The translations under genes and the position numbers were made by a program. Below, piece by piece: positions 39,452-48,628 of a stretch of DNA of 64,000 nucleotides. Origin of the DNA: an uncultured Acidobacteriota bacterium (lineage in GTDB: Bacteria > Acidobacteriota > JAQAZP01); NCBI GenBank assembly GCA_963836075.1, contig CAWIIB010000009.1:2208311-2272310 (forward strand). Direction: 5' to 3'. The first letter of the stretch is position 1. Each line of letters begins with the position of its first letter. The notes under the pieces are model-generated. The model made no database searches. It was not told the origin of the DNA and saw nothing but the letters and a program-made list of their open reading frames with translations.

Positions 39452-39801
39452 TAAGCATTTATCCGATGGGAGCCATACCTTTATAGTTATGGATTAATGT
39501 TGTACGAAGCAGGTCTAAAGTCTTACAGTTACTCTGCAAGCACGATCCCATCAAATTATTGTTTTACAGTTGCCTCAACATTATCGAGCCACAAGGCTCT
39601 ATATTTCACCGATCATGGCGTGGCTCCATCCCTGATGAGTCATTCCGTCAGCTTGTTCATGGAAATCTGAATCACACTCCACTCAGCGGTGGAAAACCCC
39701 AGGAGAGCGTGATAACAGCAGTGCTCAATTGAATCGAACAGTCGAAGTCAAATATGTTCAGACGCATTAGCAGGAATGAAGTACCAAAGGAGAAACGTAC
39801 G

Positions 39802-41499
39802 ATGACCAATAAGATAATATGGCAGGCCCTCGCTCTTGGACTCATGGCACTGTGGTTGGCGGTACCGGCGGCCCAGGCCCAGGTCGAGGAGGCCTGGGTG
39901 TCTCAATACATCGGCCCCCCTCCCCTCGAGGGCTGGCACCCTTCGGACTATGTAACAGATCTGGCGGTGCGTGACGGCTACGTCTATGTCACCGGATACG
40001 AATCTCGGTTTACCGCCTACTGGGCCACCGTGAAGTACGACTATACCGGGCAGGAGGTATGGGTCCAGAGAGTTGTGGACGGTCAGTCACAGACCGCCGA
40101 GGGGATCGCGGTTGACGCGGCCGGCAACGTTTATGTGACCGGCTACCAAAAACAAGTTGGTGCCGGCGGTGATGCGTTGACGGTGAAGTACAGCCCGGAG
40201 GGCGTGATCCTGTGGGAGAAGCTCTACGTGAGCCCTGGCGGTAACAACCGACCAAATGACATAGCGATCGATGCATCCGGGAACATCTACGTCTCCGGTG
40301 CCTCGTGGGTCACCGAGCAAGAGGAGTTTGACATGCTCCTGCTCAAGTACGACTCCGACGGCGAATTGCTATGGGATCGCACGTTCGACGATGGGGAAGA
40401 AAATTGGGACTCCGGTCTCGCATTAGCCATCGATCCGGATGGCAACACAATTGTGGCAGGTTTCACCGAACCCGAAGCCATGCTTGTGAAGTACAGCCCC
40501 ACCGGCGACCTGCTCTGGTATGACAAGCACGTGAGCTATGCGCCCTGGGACCAATGGGCACGAGTCATAACTGACTCGACGGGCAACATCTACGTTCTAG
40601 GGGAAATATCTCTCCCGGGGACGCCAAAGTACCTGTGGACGGCCAAGTACGATCCCGACGGCAACATTCTGTGGGAACAGCCCTACACCGGCACCGCGGA
40701 CGAATCCTGTTACGATGGCAACCTGGCCCTTATGCCCGACGGCGGCGTGGTGGTCACTGGCCAGAGTTGGGAGGTGTCCGGCATCAGCATCGTCACGATT
40801 CGTTATGATAAGGAAGGCACTGAGCTCTGGCGGCGGCTCGAAAACGCCGGGTACGCGCATACCAGCGGCGACGATGTGGCCGTCGACGCGGAAGGCCGTA
40901 TCTACGTCACGGGCTACGGCTATAACTATAGCTACTGGGAGGACAACATTACTCTGGGTTACTCACCCGACGGCGACCTGCTCTGGACACAGATCTACGC
41001 CAATCCCCAGCCCGATGGATCGGACTATCCGCAGGCGATCGCGGTGGATGAAGACGCGAATGTGTTCGTCGCGGCGCACTCCTGGAGTAGCGAAACCAGC
41101 AACGACTACACCACGATCATGTACCGGCAGGGTGCTCTGTCTGCCGAGTTGACCTGCCTTCCCTCATCCGGCACGCTCCCGTTCTCCACGGTAATGACCG
41201 CAACGCTGAGCAATCTATACACTGAACAGAGCCGCCGCATCTCCGGCCACATCGACGTCACTTTGGCCAGCGCTCAGCTATTCACCAATTGGCGGGCTGG
41301 ATTTACCAATATTGCTGGTGGCGCAAGTTACGTCACGACCTGGAATCAGACCATCCCGGCCTATGGGAGTGTGGTCGGTGAAAACGTCTTCCAGCTCCTG
41401 GCTCAGGACGTCACACCGCCACCATACAACCAACCGCCCTACCCACCGGCAGGGGACACGGCCACGGCCACCTGCACTGTGACGGGGATAGCACCCTGA
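39802..41499 (+). CDS. Secreted SBBP beta-propeller repeat protein with C-terminal CTVTG-type domain
   Basis: Signal peptide MTNKIIWQALALGLMALWLAVPAAQA; repeated G(N)xYVTG(Y) motifs typical of SBBP (PF06739-like) repeats; CTD 41150-41499 ending CTVTGIAP; AAGGAGA RBS. Confidence 0.8.
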   Translation: MTNKIIWQALALGLMALWLAVPAAQAQVEEAWVSQYIGPPPLEGWHPSDYVTDLAVRDGYVYVTGYESRFTAYWATVKYDYTGQEVWVQRVVDGQSQTAEGIAVDAAGNVYVTGYQKQVGAGGDALTVKYSPEGVILWEKLYVSPGGNNRPNDIAIDASGNIYVSGASWVTEQEEFDMLLLKYDSDGELLWDRTFDDGEENWDSGLALAIDPDGNTIVAGFTEPEAMLVKYSPTGDLLWYDKHVSYAPWDQWARVITDSTGNIYVLGEISLPGTPKYLWTAKYDPDGNILWEQPYTGTADESCYDGNLALMPDGGVVVTGQSWEVSGISIVTIRYDKEGTELWRRLENAGYAHTSGDDVAVDAEGRIYVTGYGYNYSYWEDNITLGYSPDGDLLWTQIYANPQPDGSDYPQAIAVDEDANVFVAAHSWSSETSNDYTTIMYRQGALSAELTCLPSSGTLPFSTVMTATLSNLYTEQSRRISGHIDVTLASAQLFTNWRAGFTNIAGGASYVTTWNQTIPAYGSVVGENVFQLLAQDVTPPPYNQPPYPPAGDTATATCTVTGIAP

Positions 41500-41530
41500 T
41501 CGACCAGACAGCACCGGCTCGGGACAATGT
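41150..41530 (+). repeat. CTD-coding repeat copy A (~93% nucleotide identity with 42643-43025, extends ~30 nt past the stop codon)
   Basis: Direct comparison of the two segments: long identical runs (ccctcatccggcacgctcccgttctccacggtaatgac..., ...tgaccagacagcaccggctcgggac). Confidence 0.8.
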
Positions 41531-41540
41531 GCGATGATTG

Positions 41541-41574
41541 CTCCATTCCTGCCCTTCAAGGGGCAGGAATGGAG
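41541..41574 (+). other. Perfect 14-bp inverted repeat hairpin (CTCCATTCCTGCCC-ttcaag-GGGCAGGAATGGAG) between SBBP and FGE genes
   Basis: Perfect palindrome produces mirrored peptide MLHSCP in ORFs on both strands (41538+, 41577-); no U-tract. Confidence 0.5.
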
Positions 41575-41625
41575 CAATGAAAAAGACCGCCGATATTCGG
41601 CTGAGATTTATTGAACTGGAGGGAT

Positions 41626-42994
41626 ATCGTGAGAGTTTTCTTATTCTGCGTTGTGTTGGTTTTGACACCCGCCGTGATGTGCCTTGCCCAAACTCCAGTC
41701 ATGCAGTTGGTTCCCGCCGGGGAGTACCGAGATGGGGGACCACCTGGGAACGGGATATTACCAGGAACTCCCTGTTCATGCGGTGTACATAGACGCGTTC
41801 TACATGGACACATTCGAGGTGGCCAACGAGGGGTACGGCACCTACTTGAACTCGGCCTACAGCCAGGGATTGATCGAGGTATCCGGGGGCGTGGTGTACA
41901 AGAACAACGACACCGAAGCGTACTGCTCAACAACCTCTGCACCTCCGGGCGTTCCTTTCTTTGGCGAGTCCAGCCGTATTTCCTGGAACGGAAGCACCTT
42001 TGCGGCCACCGCGGGCAAGAAGGAGCACCCCATGGTGCTGGTGAGCTGGTGGGGGGCTGCGGCGTACGCGAATTGGCGAAGCGAGCAGGAAGGACTGACG
42101 CCCTGTTACAACCTGGCAACCTGGGAGTGCGACTTCGGTGCGGACGGATACCGGCTGCCCACGGAAGCGGAGTGGGAGAAGGCGTCCCGGGGCGGTGAGC
42201 ACACACCTTATTACGATTATCCCTGGGGCAATAGCATTGATGGGTCAAAGGCGAACTACTATGATTCCGGTGATCCGTATGAGACGGGTGCCTTCCCTCA
42301 CACAACACCGCAGGGGTATTACGACGGCAACCAGATCCCTTCCGGCGTAGATATGGCCAACGGGTACGGCCTGTACGACATGTCGGGAAGCGTATGGGAG
42401 TGGTGCAATGATTGGTACGATGATCAATATTACCAGGCCTGCGTGGACTACGGGATATACGACAACCCGACAGGACCTCCGTATAGCCCTTATGGCTATC
42501 GTGTGTATCGCGGCGGTTCGTGGTTCAGCTATGGGATCAACCTGCGTTGCTCGGTCCGCGAAAGAAACTACCCCATCATTCTGCCCGAAATTGTCGGGTT
42601 CCGACTGGTCCGGGGTGCATCAAACAGTACCGTAGCTGCTGACCTGACCTGCGATCCCTCATCCGGCACGCTCCCGTTCTCCACGGTAATGACGACAACG
42701 CTGAGCAATCTATACACTGAACAGAGCCGCCGCATCTCCGGCCACATCGACGTCACTTTGGCCAACGACCAGTTCATCGCCAACTGGCGTGCCGGTTACA
42801 CCAACGTGGCCGCAGGCGGAAGTTACGTCACGACCTGGAATCAGACCATCCCGGCCTATGGGAGTGTGGTCGGTGAAAACGTCTTCCAGCTCCTGGCCCA
42901 GGACGTCACACCGCCACCATTCAACCAACCGCCCTACCCACCGGCGGGGGCCACGGCCACGGCCACCTGCACCGTGACGGGGATAGCACCCTGA
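41626..42994 (+). CDS. Secreted formylglycine-generating-enzyme (FGE/SUMF1) sulfatase-modifying-domain protein with C-terminal CTVTG-type domain; +1 frameshift near 41720-41730
   Basis: Signal peptide (M)RVFLFCVVLVLTPAVMCLAQT in frame of ORF 41611; FGE domain (YRLPTEAEWEKASRGG, GLYDMSGSVWEWCNDWY, YRVYRGGSWFS) in ORF 41684 frame; frames join as LVPAGEY | EMGDHLGTGYY (delete one C in TACC); CTD 42643-42994. Confidence 0.75.
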
Positions 42995-43025
42995 TTGACC
43001 AGACAGCACCGGCTCGGGACTCCCT
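42643..43025 (+). repeat. CTD-coding repeat copy B (paired with 41150-41530)
   Basis: see copy A. Confidence 0.8.
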
Positions 43026-43210
43026 GGGCCGGTGTTGCTGTGTACGGATAGCGCCAACGGCCGGCGGTGCATTGATTTCCTCACGTGCATGCGGCCCTCA
43101 TTCGTGTACCCATTGCCTGGGCTGGCTGCATACCATATAATATCAACAACTTAGGTGGCATCCCGCAACGATGAATGCATGAAACTCCCCTGTGAAAGGA
43201 TCGGTCACCC

Positions 43211-44182
43211 ATGAATGTCCCTGCAACGTTCCTGATTATCGCGCTGCTGGCTGGTGGTGCAACGACACCGGTCATCGAGCGGTGGCAGCCCCGGATCGTG
43301 ATCGCTGACCCCACCTTCATCGACGTGGACGGCATCTGCTGTTGCTCAGGGGAAGTCTTCGTGGCCGACACGAAGGCCAGGTCGGTCCTGGTGTTCAATG
43401 GGCAGGGCGACAAGCTCAGGGTGTACGGTGGCCAGTCAGAACCACAGCGTTTCGGCGAACCGATGGGTCTCGCGTGCCAGGGAGATCGGATCGTGCTGGT
43501 GGATCGGGAAAGAGTGCAGGTCAGCATCCTGACGCTTGATGGTGAGGTGGTCAAAAAGATCGCAGGAGCACCCGGGGCGCCGTTCCTGGAACCCAGTGGG
43601 GTGACCGTCGGCCCGGGGGGCAGGATCTTCGTAGTGGATTCGGGAAACCGTGTGTTCGTTTTCGACAGGAGTGGGAACTATCTCTTCCGCTTCGGCTCAC
43701 AGGGGTCGGAACCCGGGCAGTTGGACGGTGCCGAGTCCATCGCAGTGGACGCCCGGGGCCGCATCGTGGTGGCCGACGAAGGCAACTTCCGTTTGTCCGT
43801 TTTCGATGACAGCGGCCTGTTTCTCCGCACCATCAGTGAACGGGGGCCCGGTCCCGGCAAGTTCACCAAAGACGTCGAGGGGATCATCATTGACAAACGG
43901 GGTTACATTGTCTGTTTGGACGAAGCCGACGGCCTTGTGGAGGTCTTCGACCTGGAGGGTCACGTGATCGCCACCATCGGGAACGGGGCAGGCCAGGGGC
44001 CCGGCAAGCTCAACAGTCCGGACGGCATGGCCTATGATATGGAAACCGACCACCTCTGGATCGGAGACCAGGGGAACAAACGGGTTCTGTGCTTCGATCT
44101 TGGTCCCCTCCTGGGCCAGACGGAAGCGACCCCTCCAGGCAAGGCTGCCTTACCTTCCGTTGACGCCCCTCATTGTGAGTAA
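43211..44182 (+). CDS. NHL-repeat (six-bladed beta-propeller) secreted protein
   Basis: 323 aa; signal-like N-term MNVPATFLIIALLAGGA; repeated ...P.GVAVD..G.I.VAD..N.R..VFD..G... NHL units. Confidence 0.8.
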   Translation: MNVPATFLIIALLAGGATTPVIERWQPRIVIADPTFIDVDGICCCSGEVFVADTKARSVLVFNGQGDKLRVYGGQSEPQRFGEPMGLACQGDRIVLVDRERVQVSILTLDGEVVKKIAGAPGAPFLEPSGVTVGPGGRIFVVDSGNRVFVFDRSGNYLFRFGSQGSEPGQLDGAESIAVDARGRIVVADEGNFRLSVFDDSGLFLRTISERGPGPGKFTKDVEGIIIDKRGYIVCLDEADGLVEVFDLEGHVIATIGNGAGQGPGKLNSPDGMAYDMETDHLWIGDQGNKRVLCFDLGPLLGQTEATPPGKAALPSVDAPHCE

Positions 44183-44380
44183 GCGCGGGTTGTCCCTCCT
44201 GAATATTCCGTCCGCGTTCATTTCATTAGACTTACGCGACCGCCATCGAAATCAGGAAACTCAACGTCTTACCATACTGTAGTGTGTAACCCGATTTGAG
44301 TTTTTTGCCAATGCTCTCTGGTCGTCTGGATCGCCACTTCATCCCGGACATGTACGCTCTGAGCCATTAGCCCGGGGAGC

Positions 44381-44409
44381 CCAGCCGGACTCGAACCAGA
44401 GGTGTGACC
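44381..44409 (-). other. Second tRNA T-arm-like fragment (GGTTCGAGTCCGGC) in inverted orientation relative to 37431-37449
   Basis: Minus strand reads cctctgGTTCGAGTCCGGCTGGGCTCCCCGGGC; 17/19 identity with tctctaGTTCGAGTCCGGC at 37431; no complete cloverleaf. Confidence 0.3.
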
Positions 44410-44557
44410 CGCCGTTTTACCTTTAGCTTGCCAATCGTGATCAAAGGTATACGTCTACTTGCACGTCAAGCAGCCTCACCCTCAGCTGTCAGATCCCCCG
44501 CTCCACGACCTTCCACCCTCTTCCCAAGCCTGATAATATAAACTCCAGTGGCCGCTG

Positions 44558-46210
44558 ATGGTCCACCTTGGATTGGTGCCCTTCAGCGGCCAGTTTCATT
44601 TCCATGTCAATCTTGGACTCAGGCTCTCTCCGGGGTATCTGCCCTTGATCAACCGCTCCGTCGAACGTGTGACTCGTGCCGCCTGGCTGGTGATTCTGGC
44701 CACCGTGGTGGTGCGTGTGGTGGGGCTGCTCAAGGAAGTGGTGGTGGCCGGCAGCTTTGGTGTGGGCCCGGCCATGGACGCCTTCAACGTGGCCATTGCC
44801 ATCCCCTATCTGCTGGCCGGCGTGGTGGTGCCGGCCATCTCCGGGGCGGTGGTGCCCCTGGCCGCGGCGGCCGAGCTGAAGTGGGGGACAAGGGCTGAGC
44901 GCAACAGGCGGTTCTGGGGCACCCTGCTGCTGGTCACCTTTGTGGTGCTTTTTTCCGGGGTGCTGCTGGTTGACCTGTTGTCTTTCGGGCTGGAGGGGCT
45001 CTTTGCCTTTCTCTCACGGTTGATGGGCGGCACCTTCGACGCCGATCTCCAGGTGCCGCTGATCCGCAACCTGCTCTTCATCGTCACGCCCATGGCTCTG
45101 CTGCAGGGCCTGGCCAGCCTCGAGGCGAGCCTGTTCCACATCCGCAAGCGCTTCCTGTTGCCGGCGCTGGCGCCGATCTCCTTCTCCCTGGCCATGATCC
45201 TGCTGCTGGTGCTGCACCCATCTCCCAATGTGGTTCTTCTGGCCTGGGCGGCGCTGATCGGCAATGTGTTCTGGGCTTTTGCGCTCTTGCCCTACTTCAT
45301 GCGCAATGCCCGGCCACTATTCAAGCCTGTGGGCGAGGATATCCGTGAGTTCACGGGAACGCTGCTCCCCCTGACCCTGGTGATGCTCTTTGCCCAGTCG
45401 TCGGAGGCCCTGGGGTATTTCCTGGGGATCAGCGTCTCGGTGGGTGGGGCGGCGTCCCTGGGCTATGCCCAGCGTCTGGTGGACATGCCGGTTCTGCTCT
45501 TTGGGGCGGCGCTGTCGGTGGCGGCGTTCCCCTATCTCTCGGACAGTGCGGCCGAGGGTGATCTGAAGCAGCTGTCCGTCGATTTTCGCCGGGCATTCGG
45601 GCAGGTGGCTCTCCTGATGGCGCCGGTGACCGCGGCCTGGCTGGTGCTGGGGAGGCAGATTCTCACCTCGCTCTACAAACAGGGGGCCTTTGATGAGGCT
45701 GCGGTCACCATGACCCTTGGTCCGCTGTTCATGTTCGCCCTGGGCGGGACTTTCAAGGCGCTGAGCTTTACCCAGGGCAAGATGCTGATGGCGGTGCGGC
45801 GCTACAAGGCGCTGATCTTCTTCGGGCTCAGCGCCCTGGTGATCAACTTGACCCTGTCCGTGCCCCTGGGCCGTGTCTTCGGGCCCCCGGGCCTGGCCGC
45901 CTCGGTCTCCATCTCCTATGCCTGCGTGGTGGTGGGCATCACCATCCTCACGGTGCGGGTGCTCGCCCCGTATTTTCTCCTGCGCCCGTTGCTGGCCATC
46001 CTGGCCCGGGCAGCTGCTGCCGCGGGGGGGGCGGGTGTGGCGGCTGCCATCCTTCTCTCTTTCATACCACTGCAGAGTGGCCTGGCCGGGTTCGGGCGGC
46101 TGTTCCTCGGGGGAGTGGTGCTGCTTCTCCTCTACCTCCTGCTCTGCCGGGTCTTTGGTGTACGGCTGAGCGATGTGGGCATCATGCGCAACCAGGAGCT
46201 TTCCGGCTGA
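44558..46210 (+). CDS. murJ: Lipid II flippase MurJ (MviN family); start possibly GTG 44669
   Basis: ~14 TM; N-terminal ...VRVVGLLKEVVVAGSFGVGPAMDAFNVAIAIPYLLAGVV matches MurJ N-terminus (RILGFVRD..IA..FG.G...DAF.VAF..P). Confidence 0.8.
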   Translation: MVHLGLVPFSGQFHFHVNLGLRLSPGYLPLINRSVERVTRAAWLVILATVVVRVVGLLKEVVVAGSFGVGPAMDAFNVAIAIPYLLAGVVVPAISGAVVPLAAAAELKWGTRAERNRRFWGTLLLVTFVVLFSGVLLVDLLSFGLEGLFAFLSRLMGGTFDADLQVPLIRNLLFIVTPMALLQGLASLEASLFHIRKRFLLPALAPISFSLAMILLLVLHPSPNVVLLAWAALIGNVFWAFALLPYFMRNARPLFKPVGEDIREFTGTLLPLTLVMLFAQSSEALGYFLGISVSVGGAASLGYAQRLVDMPVLLFGAALSVAAFPYLSDSAAEGDLKQLSVDFRRAFGQVALLMAPVTAAWLVLGRQILTSLYKQGAFDEAAVTMTLGPLFMFALGGTFKALSFTQGKMLMAVRRYKALIFFGLSALVINLTLSVPLGRVFGPPGLAASVSISYACVVVGITILTVRVLAPYFLLRPLLAILARAAAAAGGAGVAAAILLSFIPLQSGLAGFGRLFLGGVVLLLLYLLLCRVFGVRLSDVGIMRNQELSG

Positions 46211-46347
46211 TCGTCCCCCCGAACGTTACCCTCCCTGGTCTCGTATAGTGGTACAGTTTCACGAGCTCTGTCCCGGTGCACCGCCGGCAGTCGGCCGGTG
46301 GGACGACGTGTGGCGGGGGAGAGAGAAAACCGAAGCGGGAGAACGAA

Positions 46348-47046
46348 ATGCAGCGTAAAAAAGAAGCGAAGACGGATACCTTGAAGACGAAGCTGGTCCG
46401 GTTCTGGAACTCCTGGGGCAAACTGCTGTTGGTCACCATCCTGCTGGTGACGTCGTTTCGCTCTGCCGTGGCTGACTGGAATGACGTGCCCACCGGGTCG
46501 ATGAAGCCCACCATCCTCGAAGGGGACCGGATCTTCGTCAACAAATTGGCTTACGACCTCAAAGTTCCGTTTACCACGATGAGGCTTGCCCGCTGGTGTG
46601 AGCCCCGGCGGGGTGAGCTGGTGGTCTTTTTCTCCCCGGTGGACGGCACGCGGCTGGTCAAGCGGGTGGTGGGGGTACCCGGCGACGTGATCACCGTGCT
46701 GAACCACCGGTTGCTGATCAACGGCGAGATGGCGACTTACCAGCCCTCCGGTGAGGCCCAGGGGGCTGTCCGTTTCACCGAGACGCTGGCCGGCTCCAGC
46801 CGCACGGTGCAGTTCACTGCCGGCCGGTCGGCGAACGGCTCATTCCCGGAGACGATCCTGGAAGACGGGACCTACTTCATGATGGGGGACAACCGCTGCA
46901 ACAGTGCCGACTCGAGGTATTTCGGGGCAGTGGGGTTGGACCGCATTGTGGGGCGGGTGAGCACCGTGGTGCTCTCCGTCGACCGTGGCCATCATTACCT
47001 TCCCCGCTGGGACAGGTTCTTCAGGTCACTGGACAATAATTCGTAA
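46348..47046 (+). CDS. lepB: Signal peptidase I (S26 family)
   Basis: DVPTGSMKPTILEGDRIFVNK (Ser box), RLVKRVVGVPGD (Lys box), YFMMGDNRCNSADSRYFG; GGGAGA RBS before ATG 46348. Confidence 0.9.
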   Translation: MQRKKEAKTDTLKTKLVRFWNSWGKLLLVTILLVTSFRSAVADWNDVPTGSMKPTILEGDRIFVNKLAYDLKVPFTTMRLARWCEPRRGELVVFFSPVDGTRLVKRVVGVPGDVITVLNHRLLINGEMATYQPSGEAQGAVRFTETLAGSSRTVQFTAGRSANGSFPETILEDGTYFMMGDNRCNSADSRYFGAVGLDRIVGRVSTVVLSVDRGHHYLPRWDRFFRSLDNNS

Positions 47047-47285
47047 CCGGGATTACGGAATCGTGACCGGCTTGCCCTTTTCCCCTCCCTCGTTCTGTCC
47101 CTGTCATTTTCCTGGTACATATTCAAGCCATTGTAAAATAATGGCTTACGTTTTGTTTGCTGGTTTTTGGCATGGTGGAACGGCGGTTGCACTATGTCAA
47201 TGCATCTTGACTCACGGCGTTGTCTCCCTTGGTGTGAAAGCGGCGTCGATGGAATGGAATCTGGCTAATCAACAGGAGGGCCGTC

Positions 47286-47720
47286 ATGAAGAGAGCCAAC
47301 CGGGGATTCACCCTCATCGAATTGCTGATCGTTGTTGCCATCATCGGCATTATCGCGGCCATCGCTGTTCCCAACCTGCTCAACGCCATCCAGCGCGGCA
47401 AGCAGAAGAGGACCATGGCCGACATGCGGTCCCTGGGCACCGGCATGGGGACTTACGAAATCGACTACAACCAGTATCCCGCGGGACTCTCGGGGCTGGC
47501 GCCCGACTATTTGAAGAACCCCCCGGCGGCTGACGGCTGGAATACGGCCTGGGTGACCACGTTCGGGACACAGGAATATACCTTTGTCAGCCTGGGCAAG
47601 AACCAGGCGGCTGACGGTGCTGGGAGCTATGGTGGGACCACCAGCACCTTCAACGCCGACATCGTTTACTCCTCCGGAACCTTCATCCAGTATCCGGATG
47701 GAAAGCAGACCAACGGCTGA
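47286..47720 (+). CDS. Prepilin-type N-terminal cleavage/methylation domain protein, GspG-like pseudopilin / type IV pilin-like (copy 1)
   Basis: MKRANRG|FTLIELLIVVAIIGIIAAIAVPNLL (G-1, F+1, E+5); GspG-like ...MADMRSLGTGMGTYEIDYNQYP...; GGAGGG RBS. Confidence 0.8.
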   Translation: MKRANRGFTLIELLIVVAIIGIIAAIAVPNLLNAIQRGKQKRTMADMRSLGTGMGTYEIDYNQYPAGLSGLAPDYLKNPPAADGWNTAWVTTFGTQEYTFVSLGKNQAADGAGSYGGTTSTFNADIVYSSGTFIQYPDGKQTNG

Positions 47721-48115
47721 TTCGGATTGCTTCGTCAGGAGCAGTGACACGCACGCGGGCGGGGAGACAGGACCGCGGAACCTACCCCCTGCTCCTCGCC
47801 CGCAAGGCCCGGAAAACTGATCGCACCCGCAAGGCCCGCACTCGCCATGCCCACAGAAGACCTGGAACTCCCCTCCAGTTGATCGCCCGCTCCTCCACGG
47901 ATTCCCCCCGGTCATTTCAAGGCTGGAGATATATATATTGAGCACTAAACGTTTGGCCACGCAGTGACGATATAGTCATGTGAAGGATAGTGATTGAACC
48001 CATTCGGGGTGTCTTGAGCGAGGGCGTCGCGTATCAGTGGGGAACCGGCGTCGATAAAACTATCAGAAGGACGGGACTCGCAGATCTGCACCCGTCGAAG
48101 CCTGGGAGGGCCGCC

Positions 48116-48550
48116 ATGAAGAGAAACAACCGAGGATTCACGCTTATCGAACTGCTGATCGTTGTGGCGATCATCGGTATCATCGCCGCCATCGCGGTTC
48201 CCAACCTGCTCAACGCCATCCAGCGTGGCAAGCAGAAGAGGACCATGGCCGACATGCGGTCCCTGGGCACCGGTATGGGAACCTACGAGATCGACTACAA
48301 CCAGTATCCCTCGACGCTCGCCGGCCTGGCGCCCGACTACCTGAAGAACCCCCCGGCGAACGACGGCTGGAATACGGCCTGGGTGACCACCTTCGGGACA
48401 CAGGAATATACCTTTGTCAGCCTGGGCAAGAACCAGGCGGCCGACGGCGCGGGCAGCTACGGCGGCACCACCAGCACCTTCAACGCCGACATCGTCTACT
48501 CCTCCGGAACCTTCATCCAGTACCCGGACGGCAAGCAGACCAACGGTTAG
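48116..48550 (+). CDS. Prepilin-type pseudopilin / pilin-like protein (copy 2, tandem duplicate, ~95% aa identity to copy 1)
   Basis: MKRNNRG|FTLIELLIVVAIIGIIAAIAVPNLL...; differences mostly synonymous at DNA level; GGGAGGG RBS. Confidence 0.8.
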   Translation: MKRNNRGFTLIELLIVVAIIGIIAAIAVPNLLNAIQRGKQKRTMADMRSLGTGMGTYEIDYNQYPSTLAGLAPDYLKNPPANDGWNTAWVTTFGTQEYTFVSLGKNQAADGAGSYGGTTSTFNADIVYSSGTFIQYPDGKQTNG

Positions 48551-48576
48551 CCGTTAACAACGATTGGAATCAGAAA

Positions 48577-48604
48577 GGGACGGCGGTTACGCCGTCCCTT
48601 TTTT
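48577..48604 (+). terminator. Rho-independent terminator (bidirectional position between convergent genes)
   Basis: GGGACGGCG-gtta-CGCCGTCCC followed by TTTTTTAT. Confidence 0.7.
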
Positions 48605-48628
48605 ATGGCCGCTGCCGCTGTGAGTGCC

